Source of the DNA: Candidatus Pacearchaeota archaeon
GTDB lineage: Archaea > Nanobdellota > Nanobdellia > Pacearchaeales > GW2011-AR1
NCBI GenBank assembly: GCA_040879785.1
Contig: JBBDJR010000006.1
Span: forward strand, 64,410 to 128,409
Direction of reading: 5' to 3'
Length of the DNA: 64,000 bases
Shown piece by piece: positions 45,233 to 54,600 of the stretch. Within the stretch, counting starts at the first letter, position 1; each line of letters opens with the position of its first letter. Under the pieces are notes generated by a model, which ran no database searches, was not told the DNA's origin, and worked only from the letters and a program-made list of their open reading frames with translations. Position numbers and translations under genes: made by a program.

Positions 45233-45898
45233 TCACTCTTTTTCCAAAATTTCTGCCCTAATATTCTCATCTTTACACAAATCTACAAACTCTTTTGCAT
45301 CGTCCTCACTCCCCACGATAGACCCCCAATGCATCGGAACCGCAAGAGTTGGTTTTATTAGCTTGGCTGCTTCCGCAGCCTCTTCAGCACTCATTGTAAA
45401 ACGACCTCCAACCGGAAGAAGAGCAACAAATTCCTTTCCAGGTTGCTTGTATCCAGTAAGCTTTTGCATCTCCGGAATATTGTCTGTGTCGCCCGAATGA
45501 TAAATCACAACATCATCCATCTTTATCACGTAACCAATCCAACCCTCTTCTTTAGGATGAAAATGCTTTCCTATATTGTACGCAGGCAACGCATAAACCT
45601 CAACCCCTCCTAAATCAATTTCCCTTCCCGGCTCAATCAATTCAATCTTTACAGGAACGTCAAACCTCGTAATCTTACTCTGGCAATCAGCCGAAGCAAC
45701 AATCCTCGTCCCCTCTTTAACAATTTTCTTCATATCAGAATAACTGCAATGGTCGTAATGGCTGTGCGTAATAAGAATTATATCCGCCGGCTCCAGTCCG
45801 TCTTTAATATTGTAAGGGTCAATATAAATCGTCTTCCCGTTGTTTATCAAAAATCCGGAATGCCCAAGCCACCTCAGCTCAATGCCATTAATTTTCAT
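45233..45898 (-). CDS. MBL-fold metal-dependent hydrolase (UPF0173-like)
   Basis: ILITHSHYDH motif, with downstream H/D ligands. Confidence 0.8.
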   Translation of the reverse strand: MKINGIELRWLGHSGFLINNGKTIYIDPYNIKDGLEPADIILITHSHYDHCSYSDMKKIVKEGTRIVASADCQSKITRFDVPVKIELIEPGREIDLGGVEVYALPAYNIGKHFHPKEEGWIGYVIKMDDVVIYHSGDTDNIPEMQKLTGYKQPGKEFVALLPVGGRFTMSAEEAAEAAKLIKPTLAVPMHWGSIVGSEDDAKEFVDLCKDENIRAEILEKE

Positions 45899-45961
45899 AA
45901 GAATAAAAACCCGATTGAGTTTTTAAGGATTGCGAAAGGGGTTTTGTGTAAGAACTTAAGC

Positions 45962-46636
45962 TTATTTTTCAGCAAGATCACAAATAAAATAGAATATCTT
46001 CCTAGATTCACTTAGATTTTTAGCCACCTTTGGCTCTGCATTCAAAACTTTTCTCAAAATATAGTCAAAGGTAACATTCATTTTATTCACAATAAATTTT
46101 TCTGGGCAAGAAGAGTTTATTCTATCATGAATATCAAGCATAATAAAAGTAGTTTCGTTGTTTCTTTCTTTACTGAACTCTCCTGAGAATATATCTTTAA
46201 CAGAACCCTTCAAAAATAATTGATTTTTAATTATTCTTTCTAATTTATTCCAAGAATCCTCTGAATTACCTATATCGGGCGTCCAAGCTTTTATTATTTG
46301 GGACAAAGATATGTAAGATGTTGACTGAATAACAAGGTCTTTTCTTTTGTCATAATTTGAAATATACTTTACTTCTTCTTCGTGACCGGAACGTGAAACT
46401 CTAATCAACTTCCCTCCCGAGATTTTATTTATCTTTTCATCAATATTAAAAAATAAATCATGGACTTCCTTGAAAAAATCAGAAGTTTTTGATTTTGGCT
46501 TTTTAGTTATTAAAGTATCCAAATCATTTTCAGCACTTAAAGACCCAAACACTCCAAAAGTCATTATATGTTCAGATTTATTCAATTCATTCTTAAAAAG
46601 AGTTTCAATCTCTTTAAAAGTATAGGATTTTACCAT
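45962..46636 (-). CDS. Pol-beta superfamily nucleotidyltransferase-like protein with a helical C-terminal domain (NTase-1)
   Basis: FGVFGSLSAENDLDTLI fits G-S...D-x-D. Last gene of the 4-gene operon. Confidence 0.5.
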   Translation of the reverse strand: MVKSYTFKEIETLFKNELNKSEHIMTFGVFGSLSAENDLDTLITKKPKSKTSDFFKEVHDLFFNIDEKINKISGGKLIRVSRSGHEEEVKYISNYDKRKDLVIQSTSYISLSQIIKAWTPDIGNSEDSWNKLERIIKNQLFLKGSVKDIFSGEFSKERNNETTFIMLDIHDRINSSCPEKFIVNKMNVTFDYILRKVLNAEPKVAKNLSESRKIFYFICDLAEK

Positions 46637-46638
46637 AT

Positions 46639-47541
46639 TTACTTAACAAACCTCAAGTTTTTAATTTTTCCTTTCTTTTCGTCGCTCAACTCAATCACAA
46701 CAGCCCTACCTTCATGAGCCGCGCCTGGATTAACAAGAACCGTTCTTCCAAGATTATCTTTTCCTACCGACTCGTGAATATGACCTCCAAGATGTAAAAA
46801 GGGCTGCCATCTATTTATAACTCTACGAGCCATTTTAGAACCGTAATGTCTGTTTGGTTTCTTCTTAGATTTTCTTTTAATGTTTTTTCTGATAAAATTA
46901 ATAGCTTTCATAGAAATTTTATCTAACTTCGTATCATATGCAATATTATGTGAAACAAAAATGACTTTGCCTTCTTTATTTTCTTTTCTAAATTTCTTAA
47001 ACAAATTATCTAAAATTTTTCTGTGTTTTCTATAAGCTTTACTTTTAACATATCCCGGAACACTATGCCCTCTCATACCAATAAAAACATAATCTCCAAA
47101 CTTCAATGCCTTGTAATCAAACCTCTTTATATTCTTATATTTCTCAATTCTTTTTGCAAGCGCATTTGTTCTTTCATAATTAGGATGATTATTCTTCTTA
47201 CTTTTATTATCTGAACTTTCAAAATCTGATATATCATCCACCGCTGGCCAATCAATATTTCCTAAAACAGTATAAACAGGAACAGGAAGTTTATTCAAAC
47301 CATTTAAAGAATTTTCAGCCATTTTCAAATCTTTCAGAATCAATTCCTTCCATTTTTTCTTTCCAATAACTTCCCAAAGTTCAACATCCTTCCCATAACA
47401 ATGTTTAAACCAAAGCTTCCGATAATGGAAAGGAGAATAGTCTCCAAGAGAAACAACCAGGTCTATTTTTTCCTTCTTAACCAAAGTTCCAAATTTCTTC
47501 TGAAATTTTCCGTGGAAATCGCCTATTACTAAGATTTTCAT
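46639..47541 (-). CDS. Calcineurin-like metallophosphoesterase (MPE-1) with a Lys-rich insertion
   Basis: ILVIGDFHG, SLGDY, VLGNID, FVSHN and GGHIHE. The ATG at 47541 overlaps the upstream stop (ATGA). Confidence 0.8.
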   Translation of the reverse strand: MKILVIGDFHGKFQKKFGTLVKKEKIDLVVSLGDYSPFHYRKLWFKHCYGKDVELWEVIGKKKWKELILKDLKMAENSLNGLNKLPVPVYTVLGNIDWPAVDDISDFESSDNKSKKNNHPNYERTNALAKRIEKYKNIKRFDYKALKFGDYVFIGMRGHSVPGYVKSKAYRKHRKILDNLFKKFRKENKEGKVIFVSHNIAYDTKLDKISMKAINFIRKNIKRKSKKKPNRHYGSKMARRVINRWQPFLHLGGHIHESVGKDNLGRTVLVNPGAAHEGRAVVIELSDEKKGKIKNLRFVK

Positions 47542-48251
47542 TTTATCAAGTACCTCAAACAATCTTCTGTAAACTTTAAAATATCTTTAAAATCTTCTTC
47601 TTGAAATTCTTTCTTAATTATTCTGCCAGAATTTTTCGGTAGACTTATTTTGTTTTTATAAATCTCTTCGAATTTTTTCAAAAGCATTCCTTTTTTAGAT
47701 ACTCTATAATTAATCAACATTCCTCTGAGAAACGTCTTGAATAAAAAATATGATGATTCTTCTTTTCTGGCATCATCATCAAGACATTTTCTTAATGCAT
47801 GTTTTTGGTCAACGCTCAACATCTCAAATAGGTGTTGTTTTGTTAAAGTTACTTTCCCTTTTCTTAGAGGATTTCTCCCATATAATACCCTAAGATTCTC
47901 ATCCTGTTCTAGATTTTTAAATAAGAATATATCATGAGGATTGTGCTTAACTAATAATTCATCCATCCCTATATAAACACAAGTTATAGAAATTAGTCCT
48001 TTTCTTTTTCTATCAGAAATTCCGCCAAAATCAAAAACGATGTCTTTGTATTTGTTTTCAAGATTTTTTACAATCTCAATCAATTTTAATATCTCTTCCG
48101 CAGATACCACTTCATTATCTGAAACCAGCATTAGATCAATATCTTTTGGATTCTTTGAATATGTAGAAGAACCAAATTGTATCACACTCAAGAGATTTAG
48201 TTTTTGGCTGCATTCTTTAACAAATTCGTCAAGCACCTTTTGTGTTTTCAT
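47538..48251 (-). CDS. Pol-beta superfamily nucleotidyltransferase-like protein with a helical C-terminal domain (NTase-2)
   Basis: VIQFGSSTYSKNPKDIDLMLV fits G-S-x9-D-x-D. ATGA overlaps on both sides. Confidence 0.6.
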   Translation of the reverse strand: MKTQKVLDEFVKECSQKLNLLSVIQFGSSTYSKNPKDIDLMLVSDNEVVSAEEILKLIEIVKNLENKYKDIVFDFGGISDRKRKGLISITCVYIGMDELLVKHNPHDIFLFKNLEQDENLRVLYGRNPLRKGKVTLTKQHLFEMLSVDQKHALRKCLDDDARKEESSYFLFKTFLRGMLINYRVSKKGMLLKKFEEIYKNKISLPKNSGRIIKKEFQEEDFKDILKFTEDCLRYLIK

Positions 48252-48973
48252 TTCAAAAAATTACTCCTCAAGATTTTATTTTTATCTAAATCCATAACAA
48301 TATATCCTCTTTCTCCTAAATTATAAACTTTTGTTTTTCCTATCTTTGCCTTCCCTTTTGCTTCGTGAATATGTCCACAAAAAACTATTGGGGGCTGATA
48401 TTCTTTAATTGCTTTTAAAAGAATTTTTGAGCCTACATGTTTCTTCTTAAAATTAGTATACTCATTTTTTACAACATCAAGATACCCGTGAGGAGGGGCA
48501 TGGGAAATCAAAACACTTTCATTATTCTTGCCCAGTAATTTATTTAACCTTCTCTCCCTATAGGGGTTTCTCTTAGCCATCTTATCAAAGAAGAAATTTC
48601 TAGCATTAGAAATTCTTTCTTCCCATAAATAATCAAAAAATATAAAATTTCTCCCTTTAACCATCTCACTCCCAATGTACTTATGAGTTAAATTCTTAAA
48701 TTTTTTAATTAATGCCCTTGTTCCCTTCCCCGTTTCGTTTCCCTTCAAAATAAAGACAGGAACTTTAAAAGAATCTAACTTTTCTAAGATCTTTTTGTAA
48801 TGTTTATGGAATCTATAGACATAGTCTTCTCGAAACTCATTCTTTTTTCTATAAAAAGGAACTTTAGGAATTTCTCCAACACAAATGACCAATTCAACCT
48901 TTTTTTTCTTTATTATCGACTTTATATTCTTTGGAAGCTTACCATGCATGTCCCCAATAACAAGTATCTTCAT
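48248..48973 (-). CDS. Calcineurin-like metallophosphoesterase (MPE-2)
   Basis: ILVIGDMHG, ILKGNE, ISHAPP and CGHIHE. Start set at the ATG at 48973. Confidence 0.8.
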   Translation of the reverse strand: MKILVIGDMHGKLPKNIKSIIKKKKVELVICVGEIPKVPFYRKKNEFREDYVYRFHKHYKKILEKLDSFKVPVFILKGNETGKGTRALIKKFKNLTHKYIGSEMVKGRNFIFFDYLWEERISNARNFFFDKMAKRNPYRERRLNKLLGKNNESVLISHAPPHGYLDVVKNEYTNFKKKHVGSKILLKAIKEYQPPIVFCGHIHEAKGKAKIGKTKVYNLGERGYIVMDLDKNKILRSNFLK

Positions 48974-49067
48974 AAAACACTTTAGCAATAACCATTTAAA
49001 AAACTTGCACAAATCACACTAACTAAAAAAATAAAAAATAAAATAAAAAGAAATTTATTGAAGAAGT

Positions 49068-49247
49068 TTACTCGTCGTTTTCATCATCGGAGTCGTCTTC
49101 GCTGTCATCATCGTCAGAAGAATCTTCACTGTCCTCGTTCTTGTCCTCTTCGCCAGACTTGTCGCTAGTATCTTCTGACTCTTTAGAACCAGAATCTTTA
49201 GATTCTTCTTCGTTGGTTTCCTTGTTTTCTGTATCTTCGTGTTCCAT
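49068..49247 (-). CDS. 59-aa hyper-acidic, Ser-rich protein
   Basis: Hand-translated MEHEDTENKETNEEESKDSGSKESEDTSDKSGEEDKNEDSEDSSDDDDSEDDSDDENDE. Same strand as the operon and just upstream of it. Confidence 0.45.
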   Translation of the reverse strand: MEHEDTENKETNEEESKDSGSKESEDTSDKSGEEDKNEDSEDSSDDDDSEDDSDDENDE

Positions 49248-49359
49248 CTTAATTTACCTATTTAGGTTAAACTTTAGTATTTTGTACGTTTTTAAACATT
49301 TCCCAGCCTTAAAAGGTAACTACAAAACATGCGAAAGATTTAAGAATAATACAATGAAG

Positions 49360-49737
49360 TTAAAGCATCACACTATCTTTAAAATTATTGAAGTGAGGAT
49401 CTCCCGTCAGAACCTTGGCATTATTCACTCTGGCAGTATGCATTATAATTACATCTGTTATTCCTATTTTTTTCTCTTTCTTTTTCATTTTATTATAAAA
49501 GCCCCCGAAAGAAAGAATAAACTCGTCATTAACTCCAACTATCTTAGACTTCATTTTTATAAAACTAAAAAACTTATTAAAACTCCATCCTTCCTTATTT
49601 GACTTATAGCTTAATTCCAGAAGAACAATTGCCGGAGTGATCACCTCGTCATTATCAAGGTAGTTCTTTACGGTTTCTCCCTTTTTAGACCCTTCAAAAA
49701 ACTCTATCCAGGCATAAGTATCAAAAACTATTGCCAT
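49360..49737 (-). CDS. vapC: PIN-domain toxin VapC
   Basis: IVFDTYAWIE, VLLEL, ITDVIIM and LTGDPHF acidic quartet. Confidence 0.8.
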   Translation of the reverse strand: MAIVFDTYAWIEFFEGSKKGETVKNYLDNDEVITPAIVLLELSYKSNKEGWSFNKFFSFIKMKSKIVGVNDEFILSFGGFYNKMKKKEKKIGITDVIIMHTARVNNAKVLTGDPHFNNFKDSVML

Positions 49738-49943
49738 CTTTCTTCATCTCCCATAATTTCCTCTCTTTCTTTCCTTGTAAAACTTTTAGTTTTGCCCTTA
49801 AGAGCACCGAACATTTTTTGAGGTACTTTCTCCTTATGGATTATAAGATTTTCTAGCAACTTATCAAAAGACTTAACCTTTTCCTTCTCTTTCAGTTCCT
49901 TTATCAAATGGAATGTCTTTTCCTTAATAGCTATCGTTTTCAT
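49728..49943 (-). CDS. vapB: VapB-like antitoxin
   Basis: 71-aa gene overlapping vapC by 10 nt, with a small charged N-terminal beta/helix pattern. Confidence 0.55.
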   Translation of the reverse strand: MKTIAIKEKTFHLIKELKEKEKVKSFDKLLENLIIHKEKVPQKMFGALKGKTKSFTRKEREEIMGDEERWQ

Positions 49944-50026
49944 GTATAATTTATAAATTATAATTTATATAAATCTTTCTATTTTTAACTAATTAAATTA
50001 ATAAACTTTCCTTTTCTACTCAATTT

Positions 50027-51394
50027 ATGAATAAAACAAAAATAGGCCTTGAAATCCATGGATACCTTGTAACAAACGAAAAATTATTTTGTTCCTGCAA
50101 ATCTGAGCACGGAGCAAAATTTTCTAAACCAAATACAAATATTTGTCCAACCTGCACCGGACAACCCGGAGCAAAGCCAATGCTTCCAAACGCAAGAGCA
50201 CTAAATAAGACAATAGATGCGGCATTAATTCTTGGATGTAAAATAAACGAAAACCTCGTATGGAAAAGAAAACATTACAGCTGGCCGGACCTTCCAAAAG
50301 GATATCAAAATACAATCTCAGGAGCCCATTCAGATCCGGTAGGAATCAAGGGAAAATTTGCAGGAATAGGAATTACAGAAGTCCATCTTGAAGAAGACCC
50401 TGCCGCATGGAATCCAAAAACCGGAGAAATAGATTATAACAGGTCCGGAAGTCCTTTAATAGAAATCGTGACAGAGCCCGAATTCAAAAATCCCGAAGAA
50501 GTCATCGGCTGGCTAAAACAACTAATACTAACATTAAGCTATATTAAAGCAGTTGACAAAAAACTAGGGCTTAAGGCAGACGTTAATATCTCAACAGGAG
50601 GAGAAAGAATTGAGATAAAAAATGTCAACAGCCTAAGGAATATAAAAACAGCCTTGGAATACGAGATAGCCAGACAAAAAAAAGAAAGACCAAAAGAAAA
50701 AGAAACAAGGATGTTCGACGAGTCTAAAGGAATCACAAAAAAAATGAGGGCAAAGGAAGCCGCCCAGGATTATAGATTTATTTCGGAGCCGGACCTTCCC
50801 AAAATGAACATAACCTCTAATAGAATAAAAAAAGCAAAAGATTCTCTCCCCGAAACCCCTCAAAAAAAGCTGGAAAGACTGATTAAAAAATATAAAATTC
50901 CTGAAAACTCTGCAAAAATTTTGATAAGAAACATTGACGTAGCAGAACTATTTGAAGAAACAATCGAAAAATCAAACCCACGATTAGCAATAAGATGGAT
51001 TACCGAAGAGCTTCTCTCTGTGCTGAACTACAACAAAAAAGAACTTAGCGAAGTAGAAATCAAGCCGGAACACTTCATAGAGCTATTAAAACTCATCGAA
51101 GAAAAAAAGATTACAGAGCATAAAGCCAGAGAAATTTTAAGGAGTTGGACTGAAAAATCGTCTTCTCCAAAAGAAGTGGTTTCTAGACATAAAATTATTT
51201 CTGAAAAAGAGGTTAAAAAAATCAGCAGGGAAGTAATAAAAGAAAACCCAATGCCTGTACAAGATTACAAAGAAGGAAAAGAACAAGCTCTTAATTTCTT
51301 AATGGGACAAGTCATGAGAAAAAGTGATAAAAGAGCCGGACCGCAGGAAGTTAAAGAAGTTCTTAGGAAGATTTTGAAGGGGAAGTTGGGTTAA
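50027..51394 (+). CDS. gatB: Asp/Glu-tRNA amidotransferase subunit B
   Basis: KIGLEIHGYL, CPTCTGQPGAKP, and a C-terminal YqeY-like tail. Confidence 0.9.
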   Translation: MNKTKIGLEIHGYLVTNEKLFCSCKSEHGAKFSKPNTNICPTCTGQPGAKPMLPNARALNKTIDAALILGCKINENLVWKRKHYSWPDLPKGYQNTISGAHSDPVGIKGKFAGIGITEVHLEEDPAAWNPKTGEIDYNRSGSPLIEIVTEPEFKNPEEVIGWLKQLILTLSYIKAVDKKLGLKADVNISTGGERIEIKNVNSLRNIKTALEYEIARQKKERPKEKETRMFDESKGITKKMRAKEAAQDYRFISEPDLPKMNITSNRIKKAKDSLPETPQKKLERLIKKYKIPENSAKILIRNIDVAELFEETIEKSNPRLAIRWITEELLSVLNYNKKELSEVEIKPEHFIELLKLIEEKKITEHKAREILRSWTEKSSSPKEVVSRHKIISEKEVKKISREVIKENPMPVQDYKEGKEQALNFLMGQVMRKSDKRAGPQEVKEVLRKILKGKLG

Positions 51395-51459
51395 TGGTAG
51401 TAATTTAATAATAGTAACTTATAGAAAGATTTATAAATTCCGATGAATCAACTTTTTAT

Positions 51460-51948
51460 ATGGATGAAACACATAAGTATAATCTTGGAGAAACAGTTGC
51501 TATTCCTAGAAGAGATAAAGAAAAATTAGGAATAATAGAAAGAATTCTGATAAAAGAAGAACTTGAAATAAATAATGAAGAAAGAAAACATATAAGAAAT
51601 GTAGAATATGGTGTTCGTCCTGAAGCAATTTCTGTTTTCACTTATGATGAAAAATCATTAGAGCCTTCAGAAAGGCAATTGCATAGAGATGCATTTAGGG
51701 TCCAAAACGGCCAAGTTATACTAAATAACAATAAAGAATATATTGTCGAAGATGCAAGAGATAAAACTCATTCCGCTCCAGGAGCAAGAATGGGTCTCGA
51801 AGATTCCTGGGAAGTTTGGCATGTTAAAGCAAGGGAATTGTCTGATGGAAATTACAATCCTAATGGAAAACTCATAGAGTTTGACCAAAACAAGGACGAG
51901 CCCATAGATATTGTAAAGGAAATGAGATTGAAAAAGAATTATGAATAG
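51460..51948 (+). CDS. Hypothetical protein
   Basis: ORF only; lies between convergent gatB and gatA. Confidence 0.4.
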   Translation: MDETHKYNLGETVAIPRRDKEKLGIIERILIKEELEINNEERKHIRNVEYGVRPEAISVFTYDEKSLEPSERQLHRDAFRVQNGQVILNNNKEYIVEDARDKTHSAPGARMGLEDSWEVWHVKARELSDGNYNPNGKLIEFDQNKDEPIDIVKEMRLKKNYE

Positions 51949-51951
51949 TTT

Positions 51952-53307
51952 CTAACCCCTCTCAAACCCCTTAGCAATCCTCAACATCTTTTCTTCCTGA
52001 AATTTATCACAAACAATCTGCATTCCGACCGGAACTCCATCAACCTCTCCGGCAGGAACAGAAACCGCACAGTTTTCTGCCAGGTTTGAAGGTGCCGTCA
52101 ACAAATCATAGCTATACATTTCTTCAACAGAAATTTTTTCTCCAATTTTATGAGGAAGTTTTGGAACCGTCGGAGAAATGATACAATCAAACTTTTTAAA
52201 CGCTTTTTCAAACTCCTTAATAATCAGGCTCTTGGATTTTAATGCAAGATGATAATGCCTTCCGTGATATTCTTCTTTTGAAATCTCACTGCCGCCAAGA
52301 ACTCTCCTTAAAACTTCTGGACCTGAAGCATCCTCAATTTTCTTTCCATAACGCCTTCCGTCCAAACGCCTTGTGGCCGAGAAAAACTCGACATAAACTA
52401 AAGGGTAATACGTCTCAACAGCCAACTCAATATTCTCTATTTTCACTTCCTTAACATCAAATCCTTTATTGGAGGCGACTTCGCTTATCCTTTCTTCAAC
52501 CAAGTCCTGAATCTTTTTATCAACTCCTTTAACTTTTAAGACACCAATAGTCAACTTTTTATCTTTATTATTGAGATTCTTCAAATTAACTTTCTCCGAA
52601 TCCTGCGAGGTAGAATCATTCCTATCTTTCCCTGAAATAACACTTAGAAGCAATGCAGCGTCAGAAACATTTCTTGCCAAAGGACCAATCTGGTCTAAGC
52701 TCATTGACAAATCAATCAATCCGTAACGAGAAACACTTGAATAAGTTGGCTTCACTCCGACAACCCCACAATGAGACGAAGGATTTCTTATGCTTCCTCC
52801 AGTGTCCGAGCCAAGAGCCACATCACAAAAACCCGCAGCGACGGCAGCGGCCGAACCCGAAGAAGAGCCTCCAGGAATCAAGTCAGGATTCCGCGGATTT
52901 CTCGTCGGTCCAAAGGCAGAAGTCTCGCCACTACTACCCGAACAAAATTCATCACAATTTGTTATCCCAATTATGATTCCTCCTTCATCTTCTATCTTCT
53001 TAATGACTGTTGCATTATAGGGAGCTTTGTAATCTTCTAAAACCTTGGAACCACAAGAGATATTATAACCCTTAACATTTATAGAAGCCTTGACAGCTAT
53101 ACACAAACCAAATAATTTTTTAGTTTTTAATTTTTGCCTGTTTTTGTCTAAATATTCTGCTCTTTTCAAACACAAATCAGGTCTAATATCAATAAAGGCA
53201 TTAATTTGCGGGTTTTCTTTTTTAATTTTTTCAAGAAAATTAGTTACATTCTGCTTAACCGTTAACTTTCCAGTTCTTAATAAATTTAGCTTATGACTTA
53301 ATTCCAT
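51952..53307 (-). CDS. gatA: Glutamyl-tRNA(Gln)/Asp-tRNA(Asn) amidotransferase subunit A (amidase signature)
   Basis: GGSSSGSAAAVAAG and GSDTGGSIR motifs. Confidence 0.9.
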   Translation of the reverse strand: MELSHKLNLLRTGKLTVKQNVTNFLEKIKKENPQINAFIDIRPDLCLKRAEYLDKNRQKLKTKKLFGLCIAVKASINVKGYNISCGSKVLEDYKAPYNATVIKKIEDEGGIIIGITNCDEFCSGSSGETSAFGPTRNPRNPDLIPGGSSSGSAAAVAAGFCDVALGSDTGGSIRNPSSHCGVVGVKPTYSSVSRYGLIDLSMSLDQIGPLARNVSDAALLLSVISGKDRNDSTSQDSEKVNLKNLNNKDKKLTIGVLKVKGVDKKIQDLVEERISEVASNKGFDVKEVKIENIELAVETYYPLVYVEFFSATRRLDGRRYGKKIEDASGPEVLRRVLGGSEISKEEYHGRHYHLALKSKSLIIKEFEKAFKKFDCIISPTVPKLPHKIGEKISVEEMYSYDLLTAPSNLAENCAVSVPAGEVDGVPVGMQIVCDKFQEEKMLRIAKGFERG

Positions 53308-54400
53308 TATGATTATTTTCCATTAAATTTAATTGTTCCCTTGGGATATATCCTTTTGGATTTTTGTTCAAAAGTTTCAAAGCTCTATAAACATAAACAC
53401 TTCTTATCTTTCCCTTATTTGAAGGATATGTCCATGACTCAACACTTCTCAAAGATTTTATATATTTATATCTTGCCTTAATGTTTAATAATTCCTCATC
53501 CAATTTTTTAATCCTAATCTCTCTAAATAAATTTTTTAATTCTTGATTTAAGGGGATTGTTAATTTTCCTAAAAAATCTTCGCCCAAAAATATCTTGTTT
53601 GCGCTATATCTTCTCTTTTTATGGGAAAGTAATGGAACAATCTGTTTATAAAATTCCCAAGAATTCATAAATCCTGCAGTTTGTAAAGATAGTCTTCCAG
53701 TATCGCTTCTCCTTGATATGGAACAATTAATTCCCAATCTACCCAATAATTGTTTAGTTTGCTTAATCAGTTTATTGGAAGATGTTGAAATACAAAAATT
53801 TGCATGATCCAATATTGGCTTATTTTTTAAATAATAGTATTGAATATAACCATCTCCGTCAAAAAGCCCTGCCACAAAAGATTTTAGGATTTCTTTATCT
53901 TCTGACACCATAATTTGGAGAGGAACCTCCACAATTCTAACCTTTTTTCCTAAAGGAATTTTATAGTACTTGTTTAGAATATACCGAAGAGGAACCGAAG
54001 AGATATTTGCTTCTTTTCCATCAAAACTAAAGGTTAAATTGGTTTCATATTCTCTATTTATTATATCCAAATAATCATGGATTAGTCCTATATCTTTCTG
54101 ACACAACTTAACTCTTCCCTCAGTTGACAACAAAGAACCATCCGTAATAATGAACCCAAGTAACTTAGCTATTTTTGGAGTTGTTTCTTTTTGAAAAGAA
54201 AGAATTTTTCCAGATCTTCCCCTTAATTTCATTCCATCAAGAAAATTCCACATTTGATTTTTGGATATATTTATTTTATTAAGATTAATCATGTTCTTAT
54301 TTTTATCCCGGGAAGTTAGATTAATTGAACCTTTGACTCTACTAAGGATAACTTTATCCGTCTCAACATACAAATCAGGAAGATATATTTTATTGGCCAT
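53291..54400 (-). CDS. Free-standing double-motif LAGLIDADG endonuclease-like protein
   Basis: LLGFIITDGSL and FVAGLFDGDGYIQ about 100 aa apart. Overlaps the gatA start by 17 nt. Confidence 0.7.
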   Translation of the reverse strand: MANKIYLPDLYVETDKVILSRVKGSINLTSRDKNKNMINLNKINISKNQMWNFLDGMKLRGRSGKILSFQKETTPKIAKLLGFIITDGSLLSTEGRVKLCQKDIGLIHDYLDIINREYETNLTFSFDGKEANISSVPLRYILNKYYKIPLGKKVRIVEVPLQIMVSEDKEILKSFVAGLFDGDGYIQYYYLKNKPILDHANFCISTSSNKLIKQTKQLLGRLGINCSISRRSDTGRLSLQTAGFMNSWEFYKQIVPLLSHKKRRYSANKIFLGEDFLGKLTIPLNQELKNLFREIRIKKLDEELLNIKARYKYIKSLRSVESWTYPSNKGKIRSVYVYRALKLLNKNPKGYIPREQLNLMENNHNGIKS

Positions 54401-54560
54401 CTTGATTAGATATAATTACATATACAGTTTTGTTTAGATATTCTTTTGGACAATCAATTTTAGCACCAGTTCCAAACTTTGTAACTTTCTTTTTGAAGAA
54501 TCCTTTAATATTTTTTAATTTTAACTCCGAATCAATAATAATCTTTTCGTTTTCTTTCAT
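54390..54560 (-). CDS. 56-aa AbrB/SpoVT-like small protein (resembles the transposon-associated DUF2080 type)
   Basis: Hand-translated MKENEKIIIDSELKLKNIKGFFKKKVTKFGTGAKIDCPKEYLNKTVYVIISNQDGQ. Overlaps the LAGLIDADG start by 11 nt. Confidence 0.4.
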   Translation of the reverse strand: MKENEKIIIDSELKLKNIKGFFKKKVTKFGTGAKIDCPKEYLNKTVYVIISNQDGQ

Positions 54561-54600
54561 ATATATCTAATATATATTGGGTTTAAATACTTTTCTCTCA

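Noticed and set aside
49141-49602. 153-aa plus-strand ORF (Ser-rich N-terminus)
   Set aside because: Its first part is the antisense of the acidic 59-aa ORF and its last part is antisense to vapC. It has no coherent domain.
52653-53040. Several overlapping plus-strand ORFs (76-107 aa)
   Set aside because: All are antisense to gatA, whose amidase signature is unambiguous. The same reasoning applies to the antisense ORFs inside mcm (36075-36866), valS, aspS and gatE.
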